The notes: generated from the sequence alone by a model not told the origin. A stretch of 64,000 bases of DNA from Paraspadella gotoi (GCA_051294375.1 CM119263.1:25090688-25154687); one strand, 5' to 3'. Positions 24,726 to 38,443 are shown, numbered from the stretch's first letter. Translations and numbers: made by a program.

Positions 24726-27700
24726 TAAAGCGTCACTAAGAATGATTAACGCGATTTCTATATTTAAGTTTTCGAATTTCGTTTCTAATTTGCGTGGAGG
24801 TTATTAAGATTACGATACTTTCAATGGTTTTGTCATATGTCTAACCAATGAACTATTGACTAAGAAGATTGTGAATTTTCATTGCGTGTAACAATAAAGA
24901 CTCAATATTGAACAATTTACATGGTGTAATTCCGTATGAAAACGTAGAGAATTCAAAAGAATTCAAACAAACCGTTTCCTAAAAGTGTCTCGACGCCACC
25001 TATTGTCGCGAGTACAAAAAAAAATGTGATGACGCTGCAGTTGGGAACGCCCACCGTCGACCCCCCCTCAGCGTCAATTGGAATCTCGTCGCCAACGCCT
25101 CCGTTTAGCTCGAAGCTTTCAATTACGACCGACGTGAAAAGAACCTGCGAAACGGTGTAACGAGACATCGCGCGGCTTTTAACTGTTCTTCCAACACCCG
25201 GGCGATGATCTTTTTTTTTATAGCAGAAAATTTACAGAGCCTGAGCTTTGTTCGCGAGAGGCGGCGCTACGTTCGATCTTTGCCGCGAAACAGATTAGAC
25301 TGTACAGCAACATAATTGAATTTAGAGTATAAATAACAATAACGGTTCAGTTTAATCCCTTAAAAGCGATTTACATGGAATACCGGTTGTATTTTTTGAT
25401 TTATTTTTTGGGGGATCAAGACGACGGTAGCAATCGAAAATGGAGTCTAGGATCTCCCATAGTTCTCCCCGCCATTTCGTCACCATCGCATCAAGCGTCA
25501 TTTCATCTCCTACCTCTCTTTTCCTACTTCCCCACTCCCCACTCCCCATTCCCCACTCCCCACTCCCCACCCAATCTCTTACATCGCCCCACCGGCCCAC
25601 CACTCAGTCACGCGTTAATCCCTCTCGGCCTTTTCTCTTCGCCACGCCACGGTTCGGCGCGCCAAGCCACGCCTCGCTGCGGTACACGCCATCGTGCGGG
25701 GCATTGTAACTGTTCCGGCGTTTCGCGCTACGCCGCGCCATGGAGCGTTCACGCTACCCTGTCTCATTGGCGGCGTCTCTTTATTTTCAAGGGCGGTTTT
25801 CCGCGAGAGGGCCCGACCGACGGCCCGAGAGAGTCGTTTTAACTTCGGCCGCTTGGAGGCGCGGGGTTCGTTTACAAAGGATTCCGCGGCTCTAATTGAC
25901 AAAGCGAGTTTCAATCAGTCCATCCGTTGGTCTTTGAACGTTGAGCCGTTGGCCGGTAGAGGGACCATTGTCGAAGGGAGTTGTCAGCATTTACACATTA
26001 TGGGAAAAATAAGTCTAGTTTAGACTTTTTTTTTTTTCAAAAAGCTAAATTGCCTTCAGTGAAACGGACGATTTTTTTTGTTTAATATCTTGAATTTATT
26101 TATGAGTCAGTCTTTTTCGACGAGATAAGATATAAGACATATCGTTTGTCACAGAGGTTGAAAAGGTTATAAAGGTGATAATTCTTGAAAATAAAGTTGT
26201 TACTAAATAAACAAATGAACTACCACAGACTCAATGGATAATGGATAGGTATATATCAATAACAAAATGCACCTTTCCATCGATACGTATCTTTAAGTTC
26301 TGATGGAACTCCGGAATCGAACCAGCGACTAAATCCACCACTCGTCGCCGTTCCCACAGTCCCGCCACCGACTCGACCCGAATGAGCCTCGCCTCTCCCC
26401 CGGAGACGCATCAATCTCTTTCCTGCGGATAGCCGGATATCCGCTTCTCCGCGCGATACAATTGGATCCTTTTATCCGGTTAAATTTGATTTGGATCCCC
26501 GGGTCGGCATTAGATTCGACCCGAGTCTCGTAGAGTCCAAGACCTTTCGATCTTTTCCTTTCCTTCTTTTCACTTTCTTTCCTTTTATCCCCGACTTGTT
26601 TTTATCTCTTCGCTTCTTTTTTTTACCCACATGCCTCTGATCTTTTGTTCGTTATGAAAGTAGTAATACTTTTGTTGTTTTTTTCCTCGTTTTTATTTTT
26701 TCCTTTTACAGGTTTTATGATCTATTTTTTTCTCTATTTCTTTTATTTTCTTTTTTTTTTTTCACTTTTCGTTCCCTATTCATATTTTCTATAGCATATT
26801 TTTCTATTTTCTTTCTTTTCTTTTCTCAACTTATCTCATTGCTCCTTTGTCCTTTTCTTTCTATCTGTGTTTCCCCTTCCCTCCTTGCTTTCAAACGATG
26901 TCTGGTGAAGCAGAATCGATTCAAATGGAATTTTTCTTTCCTTTCGCGAAACTAAACCCGATGCTTTTTCATGTAAATTAGCCAATTGATGAAATCGGGG
27001 CAAATTTCTCCAAGACGTTTTTGTCACTTTGTAATTGCGTTTGAATACAACTTTTCCAAGAAAAACTGCCGGTTAAAAGTACGACCTTGACGAAATCCAT
27101 GGGTTTTCTTTTTAAAAAAGAAAATGTTGAAAATTCTCGACCTTGCTAAAAAAAATAACCCATCAGGCAAAAAAAATCCCGATTGACTTACCCCTAAAAA
27201 TAGAATTGCCCTACGAAAAATCGGTTATTGCAATGAATGAGTAAAAATTTTAACTAACTCACCCTTGTTGAGAATGGCGCTAAGACGAGTGGAGGGTTCG
27301 CGCAAAGTTCCAGACGTAAATTCCGACGTCTTCATTCACTCGTTCGGTTGTGGTTGATGTTGTCGGTTGTCGGTGGTCGGTTTGGAGTGTTGGAGTGATG
27401 GAGTGTTGGAGTGTTGCGTGGGTCGTTGCGTCTCTGGAATGATTTCGTCTGCTTTTTATTGAAGTTTTTTTGTTTTAAAGCTCGCAGATTCGGTTTGTTT
27501 TAAAACATATTTAAAAAAAAATAATTGTGTACGAAAGTTCAGTTTTAAATGTTCATTGAATTTGCGTAATCAATAATCATCATCTCCATTAGGACAAGTT
27601 GGTACGCTAAACTCCATTGACCTAAGAATGAGAAAGAATAAGAGCAACTTAAAAAAATAATACCTTAAAGAAAATAAAAAAAAGGGGAAAATATGTTTGT

Positions 27701-29743
27701 AACGATTTCTCGCGGTCCGTTGCCAACCGCAAGCTGGAGCCGCCTCCGTCGTAATCACCTCCATCCACTCTCGCCACGCGTGACCTTTGAGACGGCGATA
27801 ATGGGCGACGAAATGTCACGAATAAGATCGTCGTCGCTGTCATCGGCCAAGAGGTCAACGCCCTTGGTCGATGGCGCCGAGAGATCAGAGGGCGCCGTTG
27901 GAGATGAAACGGATCTCACCTGAATTCGATGGTGGCCGCTGCCATCGAGTCGAGACTTTATCGAGAATCCATCATCTTGTGCCTTCCTTCTTATCATTTC
28001 CCCGAGTCGCATCCCACTCAAATCCCTGTCTATCCCATCTTATCCTGCTTGAAACTATCCTTTCTATCCCACACACACGCCCCCCGCCGCTCTGATCCCG
28101 TCATAAGTCAACCGGAGCCGAAGCGAAAAACCTTTAACCTCTGAGGGAATCTTTTTCTCTTTTCCCCACCCCCAGCCTTCCGAGCTTGCATTGCCTTCTC
28201 TTCATTTCATCCTCTCCTAAGTTATAATAAACTTTGATAACAACAGAAACTTGGTAAAAAGTTTTCGTATAAATTAACAATTCAGTCGCTTTGCCCTTGT
28301 AGAATTAATTTTTTTAATTAAAAGTAAACATATTCGATCTGGCATTTTTTCTTGTAACGAGATATATGATAGATAAAATTATTTCGACACTGCAAATACC
28401 AAGAATTAAATTAGAATTTATAGGACATTTGAAAAGCATTGAACTTAAAAAACGCAAAAAAAAATTTATGTATGGACCATTTCATATGTTCTTTGTTCGA
28501 CGCTTGCTTAAATAACATAATTTTAAAACGAAACGTGATTGAGAACATCTAAAATATAAAAAAAAACATTAGTTAAGAATTTATTTAATACTGAACCTAC
28601 CCCGAAAAAAATTTAGAATGGCGGTAGCTGCGCCGCGGCGAATTACAGAGAGAAAAAAAAATAGTTCTCCATTTTCGACGTGGTTTTTTTTCGTTCTCTT
28701 AGCGACGCGATGGGCGCGATTCTATGTTCTCGCGCCAAAGGAAGAAGACGACGACGACGAAAACTTTGGCTCGCAATCGCCCAGGGCGATTTTCCTCCCC
28801 GGCCTCCTCCTTCTTTACTCTCCTCGTTTTCTCCTCTTCCGCCTCCTCGCTCCTCCTCCTATCTCTGCTCTCCGTCCTTTACGAGTTACGACGTAAGAAA
28901 AGAACAAAAAAAAAAAAACCTCTCTTTTTATCTATACTTTCCTTTCTTCTGGTTCTACTCTCAATTTTTCTTTTATTTTTTTCCCAAACTTCCTTTTTCC
29001 TTTTCCTCCCTTCTTGTCCTCCGCTTTTAAAAACTCTCTCACCCCACGCCCCTTTTCCTCCGGCCGAAGTTCCAACGTCGACGGAAAGAGTTAATAGCAG
29101 AGTAGGAAATCACAAAAGAAATGCTTACCTTCGCCGCCAGGGAATCCCGTCCTGAATCTACTCGAGCAAAGTGGCGTTTGCGTGCTTTGTCGGTCGACCG
29201 CGTGCGATTGTGTTGACGCGTCGGAGCGAAACATCAAAGGGTGCCAGGTTTTGGAAAAAAAAAGTGATGATAAATTCTAATAGAGTGTAACAATATTGTG
29301 TCATTATAACCCTAACACTAAAAAGTTTTAAAATATTTTTTTCGAACATGAATTTAAAAAAAAATTAATGAGGGTAAGATAATAATATTGATTATATTCT
29401 TTTCAAAATTTTTCTTAATTTCGATTCAAGTTTTGTTTTATGTTAAAGATATTCCGATGAAAGTCGATAGATGTAGCGGTAACATGAGTGAAAAAACAAA
29501 TGATTCTTCATTCCAAGACTGCGCAGAAAGCTCAGCACTAGTAGTAGGGGAAGCCTAACTCAGTAAGGTGGTTAAGAAATTTGAATGAAGCACCTGCTCA
29601 AACGAAAATTTGGACATTTTTAAAAAAAATGAATAAATAAACAATTTTTAATATTACTTTATATCCCGTATATTAATTTTTTTTATTATTTATTTTAACA
29701 AAGTTTGATTTTATTTTTTTGCAAACGAATTTTATTTTACAAA

Positions 29744-29784
29744 GCAGACATGTTTCGGCTCACAATACGAGCCTTCATCAGCGC
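29744..29784 (-). ncRNA. Minimal type I hammerhead ribozyme (core intact)
   Basis: Minus strand: GCG CUGAUGA A GGCUC guauugu GAGCC GAAA CAUG UC UGC. It has the conserved CUGAUGA and GAAA boxes, a 5-bp stem II, a palindromic stem III (ACAUGU), a GUC cleavage triplet and a short stem I (GCG/UGC). Confidence 0.8.
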
Positions 29785-29844
29785 ATATGAGTTGTGAACT
29801 TGATACAAGTTTTTAGTTAAGAAAAAAAAAAAAAGAAGAGAGAG

Positions 29845-29878
<34 letters not shown>

Positions 29879-30672
29879 GAGAGAGGTTAAAGGTTTCCAA
29901 CAAAGAATTGAGTAAGGACAGTGATCAGTAGTGGTGAGGACACGATTTTTAGAAGTGGCTAGTTTGAATAAGTTTTGAAAAGAAGTGAAAATTGATGAGA
30001 GAGACAGAGAGAGAAAAAATAAATAAATAATTACATTTGAGCAATGTACAACATAGATTAAGATAATGGAAACTGTTTAATAACAAATTGAAATAAATTA
30101 ATTTTTTGAAATTGAAAATTGAAAATTGAAATTGAGAAGTTGAAAATTTGAGATTTTAGAGGATAGATAAGTAAAGATTGTAGTGAAATATAAGAATTAA
30201 GAAAGAGCTCAAAATGAGCTGGCCCCCCCGCGTCTTATGAAGGAGAGGTATTGCTGACGGGGCCGGGTCATTGGCGCGTCATGGGTTGAGAGGATAATGG
30301 GGATTGATCTCGTGTTGGCTGGCTCAGGTATTGTTCCCTGAGGAAACAAACCAAAGGCCACCCTTATATCCCTCTGCCTGATGCGCCTGCCGGCGGCCCT
30401 CTTCTCACCTGACGGTGAGGTGGGCGGTATCCACTCTTGCCACTTTAGTGCTGGGATGGTGGAATCCTCTTCATCTTGCTGTAGCCGTCGTTTGGGACGA
30501 CGCCCAGACCTCAGAGAAAGAGGCTGAGTTGCTGCTGGAGATTCGGAGGTGTCAGGTGCCCATCGTTTAACCGAGGGTCTCCGCCTGACCCGGGAGTCAT
30601 TGTCGGTGGTGTGGGGGCGTTCCACCACTGCTCACTGTCCTTACTCAATTCTTTGTTGGAAACCTTAACTTT

Positions 30673-30740
<68 letters not shown>

Positions 30741-30778
30741 CTTTAACTAAAAACTTGTATCAAGTTCACAACTCATAT

Positions 30779-30818
30779 GCGCTGATGAAGGCTCGTATTG
30801 TGAGCTAAACATGTCTGC
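30779..30818 (+). ncRNA. Degenerate hammerhead ribozyme copy (GAAA box damaged)
   Basis: gcgCTGATGAaggctcgtattgtgagctAAAcatgtctgc: 'gagccgaaac' has become 'gagctaaac'. Confidence 0.6.
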
Positions 30819-32499
30819 TCTTGTAAAATAAAATTCGTTGCAGATTCAGGTAGCTTGCGAAAAGTTGTCTGGACAAAGTATAATTCTTTTTTCGATATTT
30901 TGATCATAAGTGGGTGAAAAATACGAAAAACTATTAATAAACATCATCATCATCATCATCATCATATTTTGATAATTTTATTACTTATTTTAAGTTTGAC
31001 CAAGAAAACTTAAGAATTTTTGAAATTTGTAGTTAGATTTTTTATTTAACTTTTTATGATCTATAAAAATCCAACAAAAAAGTTAAGATTGATTAAATTT
31101 TTTTTATCATTATATAGTAAATTAGTAATATTGTAATTTTGATAGCAACAATAAAAGCATTAAAATCGAACTTTTTTTTTAAATTCCTTTTTGTACCTGA
31201 AAGTAGACTTCAGGACTAAAGTTTTGAACCCCCGCCCCTATTGAATAAAATTTCATAGTAGATTTCTACTAGTAGTGGCACTACATATGTTCAATTTACT
31301 TCTATAACGAAAAGTATGAAGTGGATATTAAATATCATTCAGGCAAATTGGTCACAAGTTCACAAAAGTTATCCTACAATAGTTTAAAAAATTGTTTACA
31401 ACAAGGATGAATAGGGAAAATTGACAAGTGGGTTGTTACCTAAGAGCAACAACTACATAAAATTCGTATTTCATTAAAAGTCACCGACTAATAATGACCC
31501 GCATTCTTTTTAATAGCTCCGAAGAGAATTTTAAAAACCACCGACTGATCATGGGCCATGGACCCATTAGGAGCCACTGATCGATCCTGTGCCACTATCC
31601 TTGTCCTCAGAACGGCGGCTCCTTTGATCCTCGACGTCAATAAAAGGACGCGATTCGATTTCCGACGAGAATCAACTTTCCTTTTTTTTCTTTTTATTTT
31701 CCACTTTCTTTTTTTTCCTCTCGTTTTATTGTTTCCTTTTTTGTTTCTGTCGTCGCCTCCATCGCGTCCTCTTTTGTTTTCTTCTTCGTCCCTTTTGTTT
31801 TTACCTTTTTTCGGGTTCCTTTGACCACTTCGCCGCCAAACGACGGAGAACAAAAGGCCAAGTCAAGCGATCGAATCCTGGTCGAGGTCAGGTCGGCCAC
31901 CGAAGTCGACATCGATGCGATGCAAGTGAAACTGAATTTCTAAAAGTGAATATTGTTTTTCTCAAATCGCGTTGAAGTTAAATGAATTAGGAAATCGCTA
32001 TCATCAACACGTGAAAGCTGTTTAATTTAAAAGAAATTCCTGTTTGATATATAGAACTAGATTAACTCATAGGATTTAAAGTGACGAGTCTTATTAAGAA
32101 GAGGGTTCAGTTTTTCAAGAAAAAGACCATGTTAAGTTCGGTTTCAGGAGCACAGGCGCCATTTGAAAATGAAGATCGCATTTGACCGTAGGGAGTGGCG
32201 CCACCCAAATAAATCAAAGGAAAGCACCGAGAATCCCCCTGCGTCAAAAATAAATGTTTAGATTAGAAAAGAAGAGTTTTCTGTTGTTTGTCAAAGAGTC
32301 GAATTTGTTATTTCAAATTTAAATGGCTACTTTTTTCTAAAATAATAATCATTCATTTAATAAATTTATCCATTCTTCAATTCAATCATTCATCCATTTC
32401 AATATTTATTCTTTTATTTATTCAGTCATTTGTATCATATCATTAATTCATTTATTAATTTATTTATTTCTTTCTTTCCTTCTTTCTTTTGTTTATTCA

Positions 32500-32610
32500 T
32501 TCATTCATTCATCATTCATTCATTCATTCATTCATTCATTCATTCATTCATTCATTCATTCATTCATTCATTCATTCATTATTTATTCATTCATTATTAT
32601 TCATTCATTT
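32500..32610. repeat. (TTCA)n microsatellite
   Basis: Directly visible. Confidence 0.9.
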
Positions 32611-34669
32611 ATTCCTCTTTCATTTCACAAATTCATTCAATCTTTAATTAATTCATTAAACTATTCAATATATATTTCTTTTATTCATTCAGCCATTTGT
32701 TCATATCTTTAATTCATTCATTCATTCCTCCATTCCTTCATTCATTCATTCCTCTTTCCCTCCCCACCGTTCTGCCAACGATTCCCAACCGATCGTTTTC
32801 CCTTCGTTCATCCTCTTTCTTTTGTCCGTCCACGACAAAAGACGAAAATTAAAATCAACTTCACTCCTCCTTCCTCCTCCTTCTCCTCCTCTTCCTCCTC
32901 TGTCGCCGCCGCTATGGACGATCACGACGACGACGTTAACGACTACGACGACTTTAACGACTTTATGACTTGACGAATCGGAGCATCGCATCCACGTCAT
33001 TGAACGTTTGGTAAGGTTAGGGTAAGGAAAAATGAGCTACGCAAGCTCTCCTTTTGAAGATTTCATAATGCCTAAATCTGTACTTTTTCGTCGTCATCGT
33101 CGTCCTCATACATAGTCGTCATCGTGGTGTTTTTGTCGTCGTCGTCGGTCGTCGTCGTCGTCGTTCGTCATCGTCAAGGTCGCGCGGATTTCGCCGCCAA
33201 AATCTCGAATCTCGAGTTGATCGTTGAAACACAAAAGTTTTCCGCGATTTCCCGGAAATAGTTGGGGGGGGGTGGAGAAGGGTAGGGCCGATGGGGTTGG
33301 GTGGGGTTTGACGAAAACGGGAGGAATCGGGGTGAGGGAGAGAGAGACGACGGGGATCGGAAAGGTGGGATTTGCGAAAAACGGAAGTGAACGGGGAGTG
33401 AATAAGAAATACGAATAGGATTGGATGCGAAAATAGAAGCGAATGGGGGAGAGTATCATCGGCTGCCCTTAAAATGCTGGCAAAAACTGTAGGCGCAACG
33501 AGGAGCTGTGATTTAGTAGGGAAGATTTTGAGACCCTTCCGAAGTAGAGGAGAAGGATTCGCTAAAACTCTCGTAGTCGTAAGAGACTTGAATTTTGAGG
33601 AGAGAGGGAGAAGGAAGAGAAGAGGGGGGAGGGGTGAAAGTGTGATCGGCGGAAGTCGTAAAAAATGTTTTCTTCGACGTTTCATCTTCGTTGTCGTCGT
33701 CGTCGTCGTGTTTTGGACATCGTCTACGAGGCTCGAGGGAGGGCAGGGGTCTTCCAGAGTTGATTGGCCGAACAAAAAACCGTGAAACCGAGAGAAGGTG
33801 TAAAAAAATGTTTAATGCGAGAAACGTCCGTTCGTCGTTTCGTTTGTTAGTCTATTGTGGGTCTATATTGCTATTTTTGACTGAATATCATCGGTCTATA
33901 TTTTATTATACTTATCTACTCAAGGGGATGCTATAGATTTAAATTTTCAAAATTAGTACTAACTATTACAAACTTCGTATTATAAGTCTTGTCGCTTTGG
34001 CTTATGACATCTATCGTGATGTTCTCTCAGTGGAAGTTGGGAGAACGGAACACAAGTTTGAGAAATAGTATGTTGTAGCGGTAGTATAGACGAGTTAACT
34101 AAGCGGTAGTTCCGAACTTATATTTATATCTTATTTCCACCTTTTCCTCCGTCAAACCTTATTTTAAAACCTCTATCACGATCCTCATAATCAACTAAAC
34201 TATCTCCGCCAACCCCTCCACCCTCACTCCACCCCCCCCACTACCGCCACCTTCCTTCATAACAATCGACGAAGGCGTCGAAGATCGACGACGTTCCCTT
34301 TCAAGTCGCCCGCCGAAAGGGGGCAGCCTTCGCCGGGCGACGGGTCCGCGACTTGGCCCGCCCTCGGAGCATCAAATTCTTCGCCGCAATCTCCACGTTC
34401 TCCGCCTCGTCGTTACGTTTCACGGCCCCAGCCAGAGTTGTTGTTGTCGTTGTTGACGTCATCGTCGTCGTTGTCGTCGTCGTCAATATTTTGACGTCCC
34501 TCTCTTCGTAATCATCACAGTCGTATCGTCGTCTTCATCGTCAGCGTCATTGTCGTTACCGCTGTCATCAGTGTCATCTTCGTCTTCTTACAGAAAAATT
34601 GCTGTTGTTCCTAAGTACTTTTAAATTAAGTCGTCGTCGTCAATAGTGTGACCTCCCGAAGCCTCGTTT

Positions 34670-34710
<41 letters not shown>

Positions 34711-35095
34711 CTGTAAAGTCTCCATGGTTGCGGTCAGCGTCGGCGATTTTCTCGTCGTCTTCGTGGTCTTTATCGTCGTCGTCGTCGTCGTCGTCGTTTC
34801 AGGTACCTCGTCCGTCGACTCTTGACCATTTTTGAGTTCGACTTCTTCATTCGACGAAGAAAAAGACGAAAAGGCCAACCGAGGGGTGAATTTTTCGCTT
34901 ATTTGATCATAAAGAAAATACAAACCAAAAAAATAAATAATGTACAACCGAAGTCACGAAAATTTTTTGCCTAAATGAGCAATTCGTAATTGTATAAATG
35001 CGCCAATGGTATAATCAATTAATTAAAATAAGAATGCCAAGAAATTAGAGCCCAAAAATTAAGTTATATAATTAATTGATTATATAATTAAATTA

Positions 35096-35103
35096 TATAT
35101 AAA
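35096..35103 (+). promoter_or_regulatory. Candidate TATA box for Cdx
   Basis: TATATAAA ~55 bp upstream of the ATG at 35156, with CCAAT at ~35003; it lies in AT-rich sequence, so chance is possible. Confidence 0.3.
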
Positions 35104-35155
35104 TTCGTTTCTTTGTGTCGTTCCCAAAATTCCGCTCCTAAACGCCGATATAATA

Positions 35156-38100
35156 ATGTCGACAGCTATGGCGGCGTCGGCGTCGTCTTTCTCATCGACG
35201 TCGGCGTCATTTTCGTCGTCGTCGTCATCGTCGTCTCCTCACCCAGGCGTCGCCTCAGCCTCACCCTTTCCTGCTTTTCCTCACCTTCGTCATTTCGATC
35301 AAATTCCGCTTCCATCCTTCGACGGCGCCGGAAGTGAATTCGACGCCGGAGTCGCCGACTTCGGACGACGAACGGCGCCGTTGACGCAACTCAATCTGGG
35401 GCCGCCGTCGCAGCAAGATCAACTTCAACAGCATCAGCAGTCGCAAGAATCTCCGACGCAGCAAAGACAGCCGATGGGCGGGCCGCCTTCCAACGGCTCC
35501 TCAAACTCTGGAGGCGGATTTTCTTCCACGACGCCGCCGATGGAACCCGGCGCGGGTTTTTCTTCCGATGGCGTCGGACTCGACGGCGCCCATGACGCCG
35601 ATTTTTTACTGACAACGACGCAGAATCTCGGCGCCAAATCTTTGGGCTCTAAAGCGGCGCTCAGTGCTGTTGATCTCGTCTCGTCTCTGCCGACGGCGGC
35701 GACGGCGCTATGTTCCGGCGCCCCGCCGCCCAACGTCAGCATCGACGCGGCGTGGATGGCAGCGGCGGCGTCCTTCGCCACACCGACGCCGCCGCCTCCG
35801 ATGACGCCGGCGCGAAAAGTGAAGGCTGGAAAGGAGCGAGAGATGGAGGGAAGGGAAACGCCCACTCCAGCTTCACTGAGTAAGTTAGTGTTTGACTTCT
35901 TTTTGTACTTTTATATGACATATTAAAATTCAATTAGGAACATTTGAGATTTGACATTTGACATTTAAGCATTTAAATATTAATAAAGTCACTTAAAATG
36001 AGGACAATGAATGTTTTGATTTCAGGCTCACAGATCTGATGTTTTTTTTATGTATTGAACTAACTCTTTATCATATCTTTTTTCACCAACCTAATCTCTC
36101 TACTTCTACTCATTCTCGTATCTCTATTTACTTCCCTCTTCATTATCCTCCCTCTTCTTTGTCATGTTAACCCTTGACCTCGTCTTAATCCCTCCTCTCC
36201 TCTCTTCCATTCCCCCCCCTTATTCCCCCTCACTTCATTAACTCATCCCCCTCTTCCTTCCAGGTTCCCCCTCCTGCCAATGGACTCCGGCTCCTCCCCT
36301 GATCTCGGTCAAGAGGCGCTCTCCTCCTCGAGCCCGGGTCGAGAGGCCGGCCGGCTCAACCCCGCCGGCCCGGGTTCCAGCCCTCTCTACCCCTCCAACC
36401 CCGGAGGCTCTGGCTCCAGCCCCCTTTACTCCTCGGGCAGTCCTCCGTTGGCGCCGGGCACTCAAGCGATGCTTGACCCTTTCCTCGGGAGCCATCAGCC
36501 CCGCCCTCACTCCACGGGGTTTCCTCATTCCTACTCTGGTCAAGATCCTTCGGTTTATCAGCGATCCTCACTCTACGACGGCTATCACCACCACCACCAT
36601 CACTTCCCCCAACATTCTCCACATCCTCAACACCCTTTCTCCACCGCTCCCGTTCAAACTTACTACGCCCAAGCGTCGCCGGGCGGAGTCGCGCCCGATG
36701 ACGACGGCGCCCTCTTGTCCGCGCCGCGTTCCTACGCGTACGATGCCGGATTCGGCGCCGGTGTAAGGTTGACAACGACGACGGCGTCCTTGACTCCGGT
36801 TTCCTCCGCGGCGCCTATTCAATCTCATCTCTACTCCGGCGCTCTTCCTCATCCTCATCCGATCGATCAAAACTTTTTGGCGCAAATGAACAACTGGACT
36901 TCGTCGCTGTCGTCGTTGTCGTCGTCATCTTCTTCGTCGTCGTCGATGACGTCACGAGATCAAAAGGCGCCGAGTCCCCATGGCAACGAGGGAGAATGCG
37001 AAAATCCAACAAGTGAGGGCGAGAAAGAGAGAGCGAGCAGAATTTTTGAAAATACGTTTAAACTTTAAAATGCTTTTTTTTTTAAACGAAATATTTTTGT
37101 TTTTTTAGTTTAATATTACTCATGATAATTCTTGATTGATGGTCAGAATAAAATTCAGAGAAGCTATCAAATTGAATTGAAGAATGAAGAATGCAAAATA
37201 ATAATAATAATTGTTTTCATCTGAATTCATTAAATCGGATTTACAATACGTTATTTGTTAACGATTCTAACGCATCGAAATATACGTCTCCCCCTTTTCC
37301 GCTCGTGTTTTAAATGATGGGCTCATGGGCGCTCGAGTTGGCGCTCTCTTGGCGAGTCTCGTCTAGACTAAAGGACGATAAACAAAAATCCCGTCAGCGC
37401 GGGAAGTCGTTCCCATGACTACTATCGTCGAGACGCCTTCTGTTGCCACAAAAAAAGGAGAGCAAGGCTGGACGCGATATGGCGATCAGTTGGACCCTTT
37501 CGTTTACTCTCACACTTGGACCCTTACTCTTTCCGCTGCCGACGTTAATTCTTTGTTTTCACTTAGAACGTGAATAATAACAAGACATACAAAGCAACAA
37601 GAGTCTTAGCAGTAAGAGAGAAACATTCGTAATTGACGCAATTGCCTCATCTTGCGGTCAACGATCGAGGTCATTTTCCACTCAAAGGTGATCAGATGTC
37701 CGGCCCATTTTTAATCAGCGCCACCGAACCCCGACGAGTCCTGGAATGGAGGCTAAAACGGCGCCGGGAATTTGGTGTCGGCGTTAATCGCCGGACGAGG
37801 GCGTCACTGACGGTAATCAAAGGGAACGCATTGGGGGTTTGGGGCTTTTCAGAATCTGTCGAAGGAGAGGTGTGACGAAGAAGATTGTTCTCGGTTAAAC
37901 CAAAACCGATTTTTTCAATTGTAAGTTTCAATCATTCGTAACAGCCTTGACCGTTTAGATTACAAACGTTTCCAAAGGTTGATCTTTATCTGTTGCAACT
38001 CCTTACGTTCGAGGTCGAGAAAATAAGGCGGTCAATGCCCTGTCAGGGGGAGAGGGCCTGGGGGGGGGGAGACGTTACAGATAAGGGTCGCACTTCTGCC

Positions 38101-38443
38101 CAATCCCCTAGATTGTTACGGTCGAGCATCCGCCGTATCTCTTTCGCAGATGCGTAGCGAGGCTCGTTATCGGGGAAGATCCTTTGTATCTCTTTCGCGC
38201 GTTCGTCGAAAAGGTTTATCTACAAGAATCGCGAGGATTCAATGTTTGTTCGTCGTTGTAGTCGTCGTCGTTGTTGTCGTTGTTGTCGTTTCCCTTGACG
38301 ACGCTCGTCCCTTCGATTCCATCTGAGACAAACGAAACATAAATTTCGGAATCGTTGACGTCAATGACGAAGATGAAAGAGACGACTGTGACGACGACGA
38401 TGAGAACGACGAATCGCTCTCTCTCTCATCTCCTTTCTCTCTC

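Larger units (their letters stand above)
29720..30842 (-). mobile_element. Penelope-like (PLE) retroelement remnant with ~200-bp inverted pseudo-LTR arms (29720-29924 and 30632-30842)
   Basis: The arms are near-perfect reverse complements, and each holds a hammerhead core followed by AATAAA. An inverted partial pLTR plus a minimal hammerhead is a known PLE architecture. No RT or GIY-YIG coding sequence is recognisable in the interior. Confidence 0.65.
29231..32220. promoter_or_regulatory. Candidate Wnt-responsive (TCF/LEF) motifs upstream of Cdx
   Basis: ACATCAAAGG at 29231, CCTTTGATCC at 31621 (next to a Cdx-type CAATAAAA at ~31638) and AAATCAAAGG at 32211. Motif match only. Confidence 0.35.

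Noticed and set aside
34301-34947. Poly-Asp and poly-Thr ORFs on the minus strand
   Set aside because: Products of (GTC)n trinucleotide runs.
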